Below are positions 31,858-42,106 of a DNA stretch of 64,000 nucleotides, piece after piece; within the stretch, counting starts at the first letter, position 1, and the number at the start of each line of letters is the position of its first letter. This DNA comes from a virus. The position numbers and the translations under genes were made by a program. The stretch lies in the IMG/VR virus record IMGVR_UViG_3300023074_000001, positions 1 through 64,000 of that record; one strand, 5' to 3'. The notes under the pieces are model-generated. The model saw only the letters and a list, made by a program, of their open reading frames with translations. It ran no database searches and had not been told where the DNA came from.

Positions 31858-32310
31858 ATGACTAATGTAACACGTGTCGGCATTGGTGTCGCACTTCTTC
31901 GGGTATCTGATAAACATATTACTGAAGTTCTTCTTGGAGAACGTAAGGGTTCTCATGGTGCAGGCGAAATGGCCCTACCAGGTGGACACCTAGAGTATGG
32001 TGAAAGTTTCCACGATACTGCTGTTCGTGAGCTTATCGAGGAGCTTGGTCCTGATGTCAAGTTCACCAAGCCTCAGGTTACTTCTGTTATTAACTTGACA
32101 GATTACATGCCTAAGCATTATGTTGACATCGGTATGGTTGCTTCCTACATCGAGGGTGAGCCGCGAGTGATGGAGCCTGACAAGTGTGAAAGTTGGCAGT
32201 GGGTTTCTGTGGATGAGGTTCTTTATGGTAATGTAAAGGTATTCGCTACGGTACCTCGAATCCTTGAGTCCTGGTATAGTATTGGAAGAATTTCTGTTTA
32301 TGACTCTTGA
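31858..32310 (+). CDS. Nudix hydrolase
   Basis: GGHLEYGESFHDTAVRELIEELG Nudix box. Confidence 0.92.
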   Translation: MTNVTRVGIGVALLRVSDKHITEVLLGERKGSHGAGEMALPGGHLEYGESFHDTAVRELIEELGPDVKFTKPQVTSVINLTDYMPKHYVDIGMVASYIEGEPRVMEPDKCESWQWVSVDEVLYGNVKVFATVPRILESWYSIGRISVYDS

Positions 32311-32611
32311 TATGTTTATGCTAATTGCTATTAGTATAGCAATGATTGCAGTATTTACTAATTTTTTCGGTCTAGGTAGTTATCAGCGAGGAACCTGGTA
32401 TGAGGTTTCCTACGATGAGCTTGACACGACGATGAAGAAGCTATATGCTCTCAAGGCGTTCAACGATTCTGATGGAATCCCTCAGGAGCAGTTGAAGGTC
32501 AAGGCGTTTGTACAGGACGGCCAGGTGTGCTACCTTGTACGGGTACCGAAATGGATTTTCAAGAATGTTGAAATAGAGTTGACCGAAGCCAAAAGACGCG
32601 AGCTGATCGGC

Positions 32612-32640
32612 TTGACACCGTAAGATAGCTAGTGTAAAGT
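32612..32640 (+). promoter_or_regulatory. SigA-type promoter for the tRNA-Glu / Y RNA / rsr unit
   Basis: TTGACA-17bp-TAAAGT. Confidence 0.75.
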
Positions 32641-32709
32641 AAAACTTGTCAGGGCGGCAAGCCTGCTTAAATGTGTATGCCTCGGATCTACGAGCAGCCC
32701 TGACAACAT

Positions 32710-32782
32710 GGTCTCATCGTCTAGTGGACAAGGACGCAACCCTCTCAAGGTTGAAACGAGAGTTCAATTCTCTCTGGGACTA
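32710..32782 (+). tRNA. tRNA-Glu(CTC)
   Basis: CAACC-CTCTCAA-GGTTG. Confidence 0.92.
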
Positions 32783-32786
32783 CAAA

Positions 32787-32872
32787 GTTGAGCCGAATAG
32801 GTATTGGTTATCTAATTATATGTAAATTAACCGCCCCCTTGGGGCATCTCCAATCCTAAATCCATGTTCAAC
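32787..32872 (+). ncRNA. Y RNA-like element 1 (no tRNA module)
   Basis: GTTGAGC-CGAA-stem-TTATC...CAT-GTTCAAC; upstream of rsr. Confidence 0.7.
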
Positions 32873-32883
32873 CTTTAATTTTA

Positions 32884-32949
32884 GTAGAGTCGGAGTTAGT
32901 GGTTTATCTTACTTACAAATAAAAATACCACTAACAAAACATATTCTAC
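32884..32949 (+). ncRNA. Y RNA-like element 2 (minimal)
   Basis: GTAGAGT-CGGA-GTTAGTGGT-TTATC...ACCACTAAC...CAT-ATTCTAC. Confidence 0.7.
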
Positions 32950-32956
32950 GTATTTT

Positions 32957-33029
32957 GCCGCCGTAGCTTAGAGGACAAAGCAGCTGCACGACATGCAGAA
33001 GAACGTGGGTTCAACTCCTACCGGCAGCA
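32957..33029 (+). tRNA. tRNA-Val(GAC), atypical anticodon loop
   Basis: CTGC-ACGACAT-GCAG; no U33. Confidence 0.7.
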
Positions 33030-33034
33030 CAAGC

Positions 33035-33157
33035 AGTGAGTCGAACAGAAAACGATTATCTTACTATTATCAGGAAACTGCTGGGTTCAACTCCCAGGAC
33101 ATCCACGAGGGTGTTGCAGGCTTGCCTTAAACTCGTCTTCTACCCTTTATATTCACT
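33035..33157 (+). ncRNA. YrlA-like Y RNA with permuted tRNA module
   Basis: AGTGAGT-CGAA...T arm CTGGG-TTCAACT-CCCAG, closed acceptor-like GACATCC-ACGA-GGGTGTT...TAT-ATTCACT. Confidence 0.8.
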
Positions 33158-33519
33158 ACTTACTTTCATGGAGGCTTTAACTTGTCTTTCAAGGAAACCA
33201 AGGCACTTAAGGCTGCTGCTCAGAAGCTTGCTGCGGCGAGAAAAGAATTGTTTGCGGCGCAAAAAGCAAAGTCTAGAGATGCAGCTCTAATCAAAGAGCT
33301 TGAGAAGCAAGTAGCTAATCTCACCTATTTCCATAGTCATCTTTTTTACGATGCTAATAAGGATGCGAGACCGTAATTTATGGCAGACAACAAAGAAACA
33401 CGTGCAAAAGTAAGTAAAGCAGCTAATAGCTTAACACGAGCTAAAGAAGCTAAGCTAGATCAATCTGATGCTCGTGAAAAGCTTAGAAAAGCTATTGCTG
33501 AGTACGACAAGTAATACTT

Positions 33520-33640
33520 ATTGGCGAGTCGTAGTTGAATGGTTAACAGTCCAAACCGCTTGCGTGGGTTCGATTCCCACTTCGTAGTTTAATGGCAGAA
33601 CAGCGGTCATCTTCCGTTTAACGATCCTATATTCGCCAAT
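33520..33640 (+). ncRNA. YrlA-like Y RNA with T arm then D arm and no acceptor stem
   Basis: ATTGGCGAGT-CGTA...GTGGG-TTCGATT-CCCAC-TTCG-TAGTTTAATGGCAGAAC...TAT-ATTCGCCAAT. Confidence 0.8.
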
Positions 33641-33643
33641 CAT

Positions 33644-33732
33644 GCTCTTGCTAGGGACCAACGAAGTCGCGTTCGTTGAGCGTAGACCGGCGGGTTTATG
33701 ATGGGAAGGTTCGAATCCTTCCAAGGGCACCA
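33644..33732 (+). ncRNA. tRNA-like RNA (acceptor + T arm + CCA, remodelled interior)
   Basis: GCTCTTG/CAAGGGC-A-CCA; GAAGG-TTCGAAT-CCTTC; two internal hairpins. Confidence 0.65.
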
Positions 33733-33779
33733 TTCGTAATATTCAATTTTCATTGAGTCGAAAGAGAGGCTATAAGCCC

Positions 33780-35381
33780 ATGTCAGCACTAAAGAAGTAT
33801 TCAACTAATTCATTCTCCCAGACTGAGAAGGCTCGTACCGATCAGGTGCAGAACTCAGCCGGTGGCTATGTTTTCAAGGTAAACGATCTCAAGCGTCTTG
33901 AGCGATTCCTTATCATCGGAACTGATGGTGGAACCTACTATGTCGGTGAGCGCGACCTTACTAAGGCTAACGTTGATTTTATTCGTGAGATGATTGCTAA
34001 GTCTCCTGAGACTGTTCTACACACCGTTGTAGATGTTTCAGATAAGGGTCGTGCATATCGTAACGACGCAGCTATCTTTGTGCTTGCGCTTATGCTTAAC
34101 GATGCTCCTGCTGATTTCAAGGCTCAGATAGTTGAGGCTGTACCGGCTGTTGCTCGTATCGCTACTCACGTATTTCAGCTTGCTGCTTACATCGAGAACC
34201 TTGGTGGTTGGGGCCGTGCAAAGCGTCGTGCTATTGCTAAGTGGTTTGAGTCAAAGTCAGCGGATCAGCTTGCATACCAGGCTGTAAAGTACCGTCAGCG
34301 TGATGGTTGGACCATGAAGGATCTTATGCGTCTGAGCCACGTTAAGGGTGTAGATGAGCGTGTAGGCGGGTTCATTCTTGGTCGTGAGACTAACCCTGGT
34401 GGGGACATCATTGATGGTTTCCAGACCATGCAGCTTGCGCTTTCGCCTTCTGAGGTAATTTCTACTCTTGGGCGTTACCCTAATCTGCCTTGGGAGACTA
34501 TTCCTACTCAGTTCCTCAAGGATGCTGAGGTTTGGAAGACTCTATTTGCGAATGGTCAGCTTAAGGGGCAGGCTCTAGTACGTAACATCACTAGGCTTTC
34601 GCGTATTGGCGCATTCAACGATATGGTATTCGCTCGTGAGGTAGCTGACAAGCTTGTTGATTCTGACATGATTGCGAAGACTCGTCTTCACCCAATCCAG
34701 TATCTTCTGGCTTCTGTTACTCACCGTACGGGGCAGATGGATCGTAATGGTTATGGTAGTTTCTATGGTGCAGCTCGTAAGCGTGACTGGGAGATCGTTC
34801 CAGTAATTGCTGATGCGCTGGATGCAGGATTCTACCAGTCATTTAAGTCTATCGTTCCGGCAAACAAGCGTACTATGCTTGGCCTGGATATTTCAGGTTC
34901 TATGGCCGCTACTGCTCTAGGAATTGATTTGAGCTGTGCTCAGGTTTCTGCTGCTATGGCTATGGTCACAGCTCGTACTGAGCCATACACCATGATTCGT
35001 GGATTCTCTACGCAGTTCAAGGATCTAGGCATTACTCCTAATCAGGATTTTGCTACAGTTATGAGTAAGATTAGTAACCAGAACTTTGGTGGTACTGACT
35101 GCGCACAACCTATGATTTGGGCAATGGAGAACAAGGTTGAAGTTGATACCTTTGCTGTCTTTACCGACTCAGAAACTTGGGCTGGTAGGACGCAGCCATT
35201 CCAAGCATTGAAGCGATACCATCAGAAGATGGGTATTGATGCTAAGCTGGCAGTTTTCGGTGTTGCTAGCACGGAGTTCACTATTGCAGATCCTAGTGAT
35301 TCTGCGGGAATGATGGACTTCTGCGGTTTTGATTCCAACGCAGCTAGTGTGTTTGCTGACTTCTCAGCAGGTCGTCTGTAA
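33780..35381 (+). CDS. rsr: Ro60/Rsr (TROVE + vWA) RNA-binding protein
   Basis: NSAGGYVF, RFLIIGTDGGTYY, GWGRAKRRAI, KYRQRDGW, vWA DISGSM, GGTDCAQP, TDSETW. Confidence 0.96.
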   Translation: MSALKKYSTNSFSQTEKARTDQVQNSAGGYVFKVNDLKRLERFLIIGTDGGTYYVGERDLTKANVDFIREMIAKSPETVLHTVVDVSDKGRAYRNDAAIFVLALMLNDAPADFKAQIVEAVPAVARIATHVFQLAAYIENLGGWGRAKRRAIAKWFESKSADQLAYQAVKYRQRDGWTMKDLMRLSHVKGVDERVGGFILGRETNPGGDIIDGFQTMQLALSPSEVISTLGRYPNLPWETIPTQFLKDAEVWKTLFANGQLKGQALVRNITRLSRIGAFNDMVFAREVADKLVDSDMIAKTRLHPIQYLLASVTHRTGQMDRNGYGSFYGAARKRDWEIVPVIADALDAGFYQSFKSIVPANKRTMLGLDISGSMAATALGIDLSCAQVSAAMAMVTARTEPYTMIRGFSTQFKDLGITPNQDFATVMSKISNQNFGGTDCAQPMIWAMENKVEVDTFAVFTDSETWAGRTQPFQALKRYHQKMGIDAKLAVFGVASTEFTIADPSDSAGMMDFCGFDSNAASVFADFSAGRL

Positions 35382-35394
35382 GGTTTGACAGTAT

Positions 35395-35443
35395 AAGTAG
35401 CGAGTGGTAGAGTTTAGCTCAGTAGCCACTCGCTACTTTTTTA
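35395..35443 (+). terminator. intrinsic terminator after rsr, overlapping the next promoter
   Basis: AAGTAGCGAGTGG/CCACTCGCTACTT followed by a T tract. Confidence 0.75.
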
Positions 35444-36041
35444 TCCTACTCATAGATTGAAGATTGATTTGAAGCTTCTCATTGTTCTACTAATTCTTGC
35501 TGCACTAGGCTATCTGGTGTATCGAGGTTATAAGAAGTATCTTGCTCCATTCAAGAAGCCTAAGCAAAGTATTACTGATTCCTATATTGGAGGTTCCGTG
35601 ACTCAAGTTTCTGGTGTTAAGGATTACGTTCGTCGTCCTACTGAGAACTTCGTTAAGCCGACCTTTCCTGCGCCAAGGCCGAAGCCTTCTTCACCGACAA
35701 ATCCTGGCCCGAAGCGAAGCTCGCAAGCAGAGCGTGAGACTTATGATGTTTATCAGACAGATGAAAACTTTGAGTATCCTTCTTCTCCAGACACAAGTAA
35801 TGCGTACGTCTGGGAAGATAGCTCTACTAGTCGCAGTACTGAATCTACGTCGTATTACTCGCCTCCTGCTGAGGCAAGCCCGCCAAGTTCCAGCACCCCA
35901 GATACACCTTCTACGTCCAGTAGTTCTGACTACTGAAGGCTTGACAGCTTAGCGAGACTAGGCTAGGATTAACCAAGTAAGCCGGTTGTGGTACTTGCGA
36001 ATAACAGCCCGTAAGGATAAAAGTAATTTGGCTGTTAGCCT

Positions 36042-36116
36042 GGAGTAGTCGTCTAACAGGACTAGGACACCAGACTTTCAATCTGGGTAATGCGGGTTCG
36101 AATCCCGTCTACTCTA
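36042..36116 (+). tRNA. tRNA-Glu(TTC)
   Basis: CCAGA-CTTTCAA-TCTGG. Confidence 0.92.
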
Positions 36117-36514
36117 CTTTAAATTTTATTGTATAATGGAGATTTGCTATGTCTACTCAAGTACTAGAGAGGCCAGTAGAAACATCAGATTTTAATAAGT
36201 TTTGTCATGTGGTTTGTGCGTGCAGTCCTAAGCTTTCATTGTGCGGGGCATACAAGCCAATACAATGTGGCCTGGCTATTGTTGATAGCAGAGCCATAAA
36301 AACTTGTCCTAAGTGCAAGAAAGATTTCTGTCAGGATTGCATAGATCTTTTGCCATACGAATGTGTACGCTGTGGTCGCTAGACGTCGTAACTTCCCCAA
36401 AGGAAATTTTGCACCTCTCAAGCCTTGCACATGCGAAACACTACACAATCACAGCTTTGCAGCTGGATGCCGGTGTAAAAGACATGCGCAAGAGACTAAA
36501 TGAGGTGTTATTAG

Positions 36515-36937
36515 GTGTTTAGAATCCTTATCACAGGGTCACGAACCTGGGATGATTACGATACCATCTGCAAAGTAATTGTTGATACTATCGTAGCTTA
36601 CGTTAAAGATAATCCTCACCTGAATAAAGGCCCTATTGATTGGGTTACTATTGTCCATGGAGATTGTCCTAAGGGTGCTGATTACTTAGCTGATATGTTT
36701 GCCTCTCAAGTACTTAATTGCCAGGTCGAGCGATATCCTGCTGATTGGGCAACCTTTGGCAAGAGGGCTGGTTTTGTGAGAAACAGACGTCTGGTAGACT
36801 CGATGCCTGATGTGTGTCTAGCCTTTATTCGAGATAAATCCAAGGGTGCTACTATGTGCAGAGACCTAGCTAAGGCTAAAGGCATTCCTACAGAAACCTA
36901 CATCTACGATCCTGAGAAAGTAGCAACCAATGGCTAA
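36515..36937 (+). CDS. SLOG/YspA-like (DUF2493) protein
   Basis: ILITGSR, VHGDCPKGAD, ADW..GKRAGFVRN, SKGA. Confidence 0.85.
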   Translation: MFRILITGSRTWDDYDTICKVIVDTIVAYVKDNPHLNKGPIDWVTIVHGDCPKGADYLADMFASQVLNCQVERYPADWATFGKRAGFVRNRRLVDSMPDVCLAFIRDKSKGATMCRDLAKAKGIPTETYIYDPEKVATNG

Positions 36938-37456
36938 GAGCAAAGATCCTCAGTGTGGAACCTGTAGTAGCTACCTCAACAAAGCTGGCAACTGTTTGAA
37001 TTGTCATCCTACGGGTCGCGCTAGAAAGCCAGGGAATCCTGGACACGGTAATAGCAGGGATAAGAAGGAAAGGCGACCACCAGCACGATGACACAAGAGC
37101 AATTACTTGATTGTTTACATATTCTTCTAGGTAAGTTGCATCTGTATCAAGCTGGTGAAAAGGTTCTAACTCTAGGAGAATGGAATCTTATCTGCGATCT
37201 ATCTGATTGGTATGCAGATAAAGGTAAGTTGATCGCTGAAGGCAGACGCTTGACAGCTATGCAGGTTGTGCTAGACTAGAGAACATAGGGGATGGGGTTT
37301 GCTGGTAGCTACCTCCCAAAATCTGTATGAAACCAGCACTAGGGTATCCGCGATCGGCAGGGCACCGGTAAAACGTCCTGGCAGGTTTGACACCTGCAAT
37401 ATCCACTTTATCAGAATGATCAACTGATGAATGCACTAGGCTTAATTACCCTAGTG

Positions 37457-37575
37457 AGCAACGTAGTTTAAAGGAAAAACAGAGAAACCTTAGTAGGGAA
37501 ACAAGTAGGCATTGCGCTGAACGAAGTAGCCGAACAGTAAGTATTAGATGGTAGGGTCGAGTCTACCCGTTGCGC
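37457..37575 (+). ncRNA. tRNA-like RNA with anticodon arm replaced by a long insert
   Basis: GCAACG/CGTTGC acceptor, D-like TAGTTTAAAGGAAAAAC, T arm GGTAG/CTACC. Confidence 0.5.
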
Positions 37576-38026
37576 ATGGCAGATAGAGTTTGTGATTCTT
37601 GTGACTGGGGTCAGTGCTTACAGTGTCGTAAGGGTAGCTGTCGATGTAAAAATTGTGGTGGAGGTCGTCCGTCGCTGGACCCCCGTAGACGCCGATAAAT
37701 CCTTTAACGACTTATTGTTAGGAGATTTATCATGATCAGTGTAAGTTTTGATCCTGTCCTTGACGGTGAGGGCAACCTTATCGGCCAGAGACTAACTATT
37801 TATTTCAACAACAAGATAGTTAATTCTCTGGATTATCCACCTGAGGCTGTTATGACTCAGGACGACCTAGATAATTATATTGTTGGAAAGCTGTCGGGCA
37901 TTCTGTCTTGACACAGTGGGGCTAGATGATGTAAGGTATTAAGCATAAGACGGCCGGTGGGATGCGCCATACGGTAGCTTCGGGTAGGAAACTAGCTCGC
38001 ATGAAGGCTAAAAACAACGCATACCT

Positions 38027-38099
38027 CGGGCACGAGGGAGACGGTTAACCCGGCTGGTTTGGAACCATCAGACACCCAGTTCGACTCTGGGGTGCCCGA
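38027..38099 (+). tRNA. tRNA-Pro(TGG)
   Basis: CGGGCAC/GTGCCCG-A acceptor; TTTGGAA loop. Confidence 0.85.
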
Positions 38100-38157
38100 C
38101 AAGTAAGAGTATGGCATAGTCCCTTAATTGTCCCATAGTGGTGCTCTTACCGTAATT

Positions 38158-38231
38158 GTGGCTATAGCTTAATGGTCTAGAGCGACAGGTTGTGTCCCTG
38201 TTAGGTGTCCGTTCGAATCGGACTAGTCACC
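38158..38231 (+). tRNA. tRNA-His(GTG)
   Basis: ACAGG-TTGTGTC-CCTGT; C73; no encoded G-1. Confidence 0.88.
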
Positions 38232-38279
38232 GAATACAGAAAGTGTAAGTAACATAAAAATTTACTTACACTTTCTCAT

Positions 38280-38351
38280 GGAGTTCGTAGCTCAATGGTA
38301 GAGCGCTGGGTTGTGGTCCCAGATACGGGGGTTCAATTCCCCTCGATCTCC
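38280..38351 (+). tRNA. tRNA-His(GTG) with encoded G-1
   Basis: CTGGG-TTGTGGT-CCCAG; G-1:C73. Confidence 0.9.
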
Positions 38352-38840
38352 CTACGACAATTTAAGGAAAACTATGATTCAGGCTACACTTTACAAGTGT
38401 CCTCGGTGTGGTAATGTTCTTCCTCGAAAATGCCCCTGCTGATACTATAAACTTAAATGACAACGGCGTCATCAATTTCTGAAGTAAAGGATGTTGATGG
38501 CGAAATATATTTGTATGGATTGTGGAACGCCTCACGATGGTGAACACAAATGTAAAAAGAAATAATTGCTCCCTAGGGTCTTTCGAGACTCCTAGGGATT
38601 TTTTATATAAGGAGAGTAGCACTATGAAACCCATTCATATATGGGATAAGATTATTTATTGGTGGGTAACTACATCAGAAGCTTGGAGATTCACTATTCT
38701 GATGCTTCTGGTATTCTGGGCCATGATGTTTTTCCTCGTAATTTAGGAGCAGTTATGGGTCACAGTGAGCCTAAAGTCTGTCCTGTCTGTGGAACTGTTA
38801 TGACAGGATCAGTATGCCCTTACAAAGGTAAGAGACACGA

Positions 38841-39323
38841 ATGAAACCGATACGATGGCTACTTGATGTTGATGGGGTGCTTAATGCTTCTAGGGCTGGT
38901 TGGTCTGCTGCACCTAATTTAGGGTTAGCTTATGGTAATGGAGCATCATGGAGAATGCGATGGGCTCCTGCTCTGATGGAGCGTATTCGTCAGGTGCATA
39001 ATACGGGCCTCGTAGAGATTTTATGGGCGACTACTTGGGTAGGGTACACAGACCAACTGGAAAGCCTTTTTAGGCTCCCAGCTTTGCGCTCAGCAGGCTT
39101 AACGGCTATGTCTGTGGCAGACAAGCAGGATGCAGCTGAGGAGACTGTTGACTCAGGAGTTAAGTTGATCTGGACAGATGATGTGGCTATTCCTACAGAT
39201 GGTGCACTACGGTTTAAATTAGAGGCACACAACAGTCTGCTGATAGCTCCTAGGTCTAGTAGAGGGTTACGTCCTGAGCATCTTGACCAAATTGACTCCT
39301 ACGTGCTACGGTACGGATCATGA
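38841..39323 (+). CDS. HAD-family phosphatase (RNA-repair 'Swiss army knife' type)
   Basis: LLDVDGVLN, WATTW, IWTDD. Confidence 0.8.
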   Translation: MKPIRWLLDVDGVLNASRAGWSAAPNLGLAYGNGASWRMRWAPALMERIRQVHNTGLVEILWATTWVGYTDQLESLFRLPALRSAGLTAMSVADKQDAAEETVDSGVKLIWTDDVAIPTDGALRFKLEAHNSLLIAPRSSRGLRPEHLDQIDSYVLRYGS

Positions 39324-40865
39324 GCAACACCTATACCCTCGAAGGACTAAGGTTTACTGAAGATGAAGAAATCATCCAATACTTCACGCGCGGGCAATGT
39401 AATGCGCTTGCGTACGAGCTTAATAGACTTAAAGGATATAGTCTTGGAATCTGCTCTAGTAGTGCTGGTGGAGAAGACGATTTCGGCGCTCATGCGTTCT
39501 GTTATACATCTGATGGATTAGTTATTGACATTAGAGGTGTGCAGCACTTTGCCGACTTCAGGATGGATTGGCTTTACTTTCCTTTTGTTACTCGATACAC
39601 GCTGTCTGACTATCACAAAGAAATGAGATTTTGGAAGAACGATACTCACTATACTCAAGACAGGTTTGCTCGTAAGTGGGCTAAAATTATAGTCGATATA
39701 CTCGAAGACCCATTTTACTAAAGAAGCGAGGCGAGACATGGCAGATAAGGCTGTGTCTCGCCTTTCTTCATTTATGGCTAAGTATAGTGATAAACTACAT
39801 CTGTGCTTCGCTGCTTTCTGGATACTGATGGTAATACCTACGTTACTTTTTTGGTCCCAATCTGTTGCTGTAGTATTAGTCTATTCTGTGTATGCTTTAG
39901 TAGGTGCTCACATTGCTGCTTATGAAGGAGCAAAAGATGACGCCCAAATTGCTTTACTCATAAAAGAGGTACGTGAGCTGCGCAAACAGCTTGAAGGCAA
40001 GAGTTGACTGTGGTAGAATCAGGACATGACACACTACACTAAGGCTAATGAAGACCAGAGAAACGACAGGGCACTAAAAGATTTAGTCTACATGGAAGTA
40101 ATGAATGAGTATTCTTCCTACGAGAAGTCCGCTACTTGGTTGCAGAAAATCTATGATAACACCAGCTTTAACAGGGCAGAGGTGTATGGCCTGCTGAAGA
40201 AAGCTATTTGGCATAGAGATCTTTTACAACGAGTATTGAGTAAGTATCCTGAAGATGATTTTTACATAGGAAATCAGGCAGCATTTTTGTCTTCTGAAGA
40301 GGTTATCAAACTTAAGGAAAAATATGCAATTGATTGATTGGCGAGGAAATCCTTATACCGTAGGTAGCAAGGTTATCTATGCCGCTATGAGTGGGCGTAG
40401 TGTAGAACTGCAAGAGGCCGAAGTATTAGAGATTAAAACAGTTTACCGTAATAACTACACAGGCAAATGGGTGACTTACAAAGAAGGTGATCCTATTCCA
40501 CGAGAAATGGAGTACGATTACGATAATAAGTCTTGGGCACCTACAGGTGACGAAATTACTAAATTTGAAACTAGGGTAAAGCTTCAACCTACTCGTAAGG
40601 GCTCTCGAAACTTCTCTATGCGTGAAGATACCGAAACTTGGTATGAGAACAAGCATACAGGAGAGCGTAAAGACTGGAAATGGATTGATGAAACTTACTA
40701 CCTTCCTGCTGCGATTAAGGCACATCAGGAAACTGGTTCTCGATATCATAATAGGTACCGAGAAATTGCCGCAGAGATTGATAAGGATGGCTGGGAGCGC
40801 AAGGAGAAGTATGTTCTTCCTAAGCCGGTAAATCTGACAGTAATCGATAATATTACGGTGATCGA

Positions 40866-41879
40866 ATGAAAGTTGCAATTCTTAATGATGTTCATCTAAC
40901 AGATCCTAACAATCATCCTAGTTCCTGCACATCTGAATACACAGAAGATATGTTTGACCTGCTGTATCAGGCGAGTAAGGTAGCTGAGGAGTCTGATTGC
41001 TCAGCAATTATCCAGCTAGGAGATCTATTTCATATTAAGACTCCAAGTCGTAATTCTCTCAAACTAGTACAACAAGTTATTGAGTGGGCAAGATATACAG
41101 ATCTTCCTGTATTTGTTGTTACCGGAAATCATGATTTGCTCAACGATAGACTAGATAGCCTTGATGAGGGCCAACCTCTAGGAGTACTATATTCTTCGGG
41201 AGCAGTTTATAAAGCTGATCAATACTTCGGTGATTCCAGTTCAGTATTGACAGGAGTTCCTAAAGCTGGACATTATCCAATATACGGTGTTCCGTGGCAG
41301 CAATTCTGGGATGCTGAGCATTCTGTAGCAGATCGAGCAGTCAAGGATGCATTACATGCTTTTAAGCCTTCCGATACTGCTCAGCTAATTGTTACTCATG
41401 CACCGTTCTTTCCGCCAGGAGTTAACCCAGCTTATGAGCACTACTCAACAGAGAAGTTTTCTCGATTCGTTAACCCATCTGGACAATCAAATGTTCAAGT
41501 TGTGTATGGTCACATCCATGACAGGCATGGAGAATACGTTGTTAACGGGGTTCGATTCTGTAATTACGGTGCTCTATCACGTGGGAGCCTTACCGAATCG
41601 AACCTTACTAGAGCTGTTGGAGTTACGATCTGGGATTCTATTACAGGAAGATTTGAATTCGTAGAACTGAAAGCTAAGCCTGCTGAGCAGGTATTTAGGG
41701 TTAAAGAGATTAAAGAAGTCAAGGCTACTCAAGTCAGACTGGATGAGTTCCTAGCATCCGTAGGCCAATCTTCTATTACCATTACCGATATTGCTAGTGT
41801 TCTTGATCATGTCAAGACATTGAAATTAGGTAAAAAAATAGAAGATATTGTTGAGGAACTTCTCACCACTGTAGAGTAG
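40866..41879 (+). CDS. sbcD: SbcD/Mre11-like nuclease
   Basis: NDVHL, LGDLFH, GNHD, THA, GHIH, NYGALSR. Confidence 0.88.
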   Translation: MKVAILNDVHLTDPNNHPSSCTSEYTEDMFDLLYQASKVAEESDCSAIIQLGDLFHIKTPSRNSLKLVQQVIEWARYTDLPVFVVTGNHDLLNDRLDSLDEGQPLGVLYSSGAVYKADQYFGDSSSVLTGVPKAGHYPIYGVPWQQFWDAEHSVADRAVKDALHAFKPSDTAQLIVTHAPFFPPGVNPAYEHYSTEKFSRFVNPSGQSNVQVVYGHIHDRHGEYVVNGVRFCNYGALSRGSLTESNLTRAVGVTIWDSITGRFEFVELKAKPAEQVFRVKEIKEVKATQVRLDEFLASVGQSSITITDIASVLDHVKTLKLGKKIEDIVEELLTTVE

Positions 41880-42106
41880 GTAAAACAATGATTGCAGAAG
41901 ATGGTATGTTTGTCGAACCTGACAAGGAATCGATGTTTATATTTTTCTTCTGCACAATCTGTCCTTTATCTATTCCTTTTATTCATGCTAGAAATGCTTA
42001 TCTGTATCTTGACGGTCACAGACAGAACGCATACCACAAAAGGCGTCTTGAGCTGCAACGATGAAGTGTGATATACTTGATTATTACTATAATTAAAGGA
42101 ACACAC

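Noticed and set aside
20641-33733. ORF-track calls overlapping RNA genes (e.g. 20641-20841, 29606-29929, 33036-33290, 33518-33733)
   Set aside because: They overlap well-formed tRNA or Y-RNA-like genes and are likely spurious
37424-37456. Hammerhead ribozyme (CTGATGA)
   Set aside because: No GAAA follows the adjacent stem, and CTGATGA is itself paired in a hairpin
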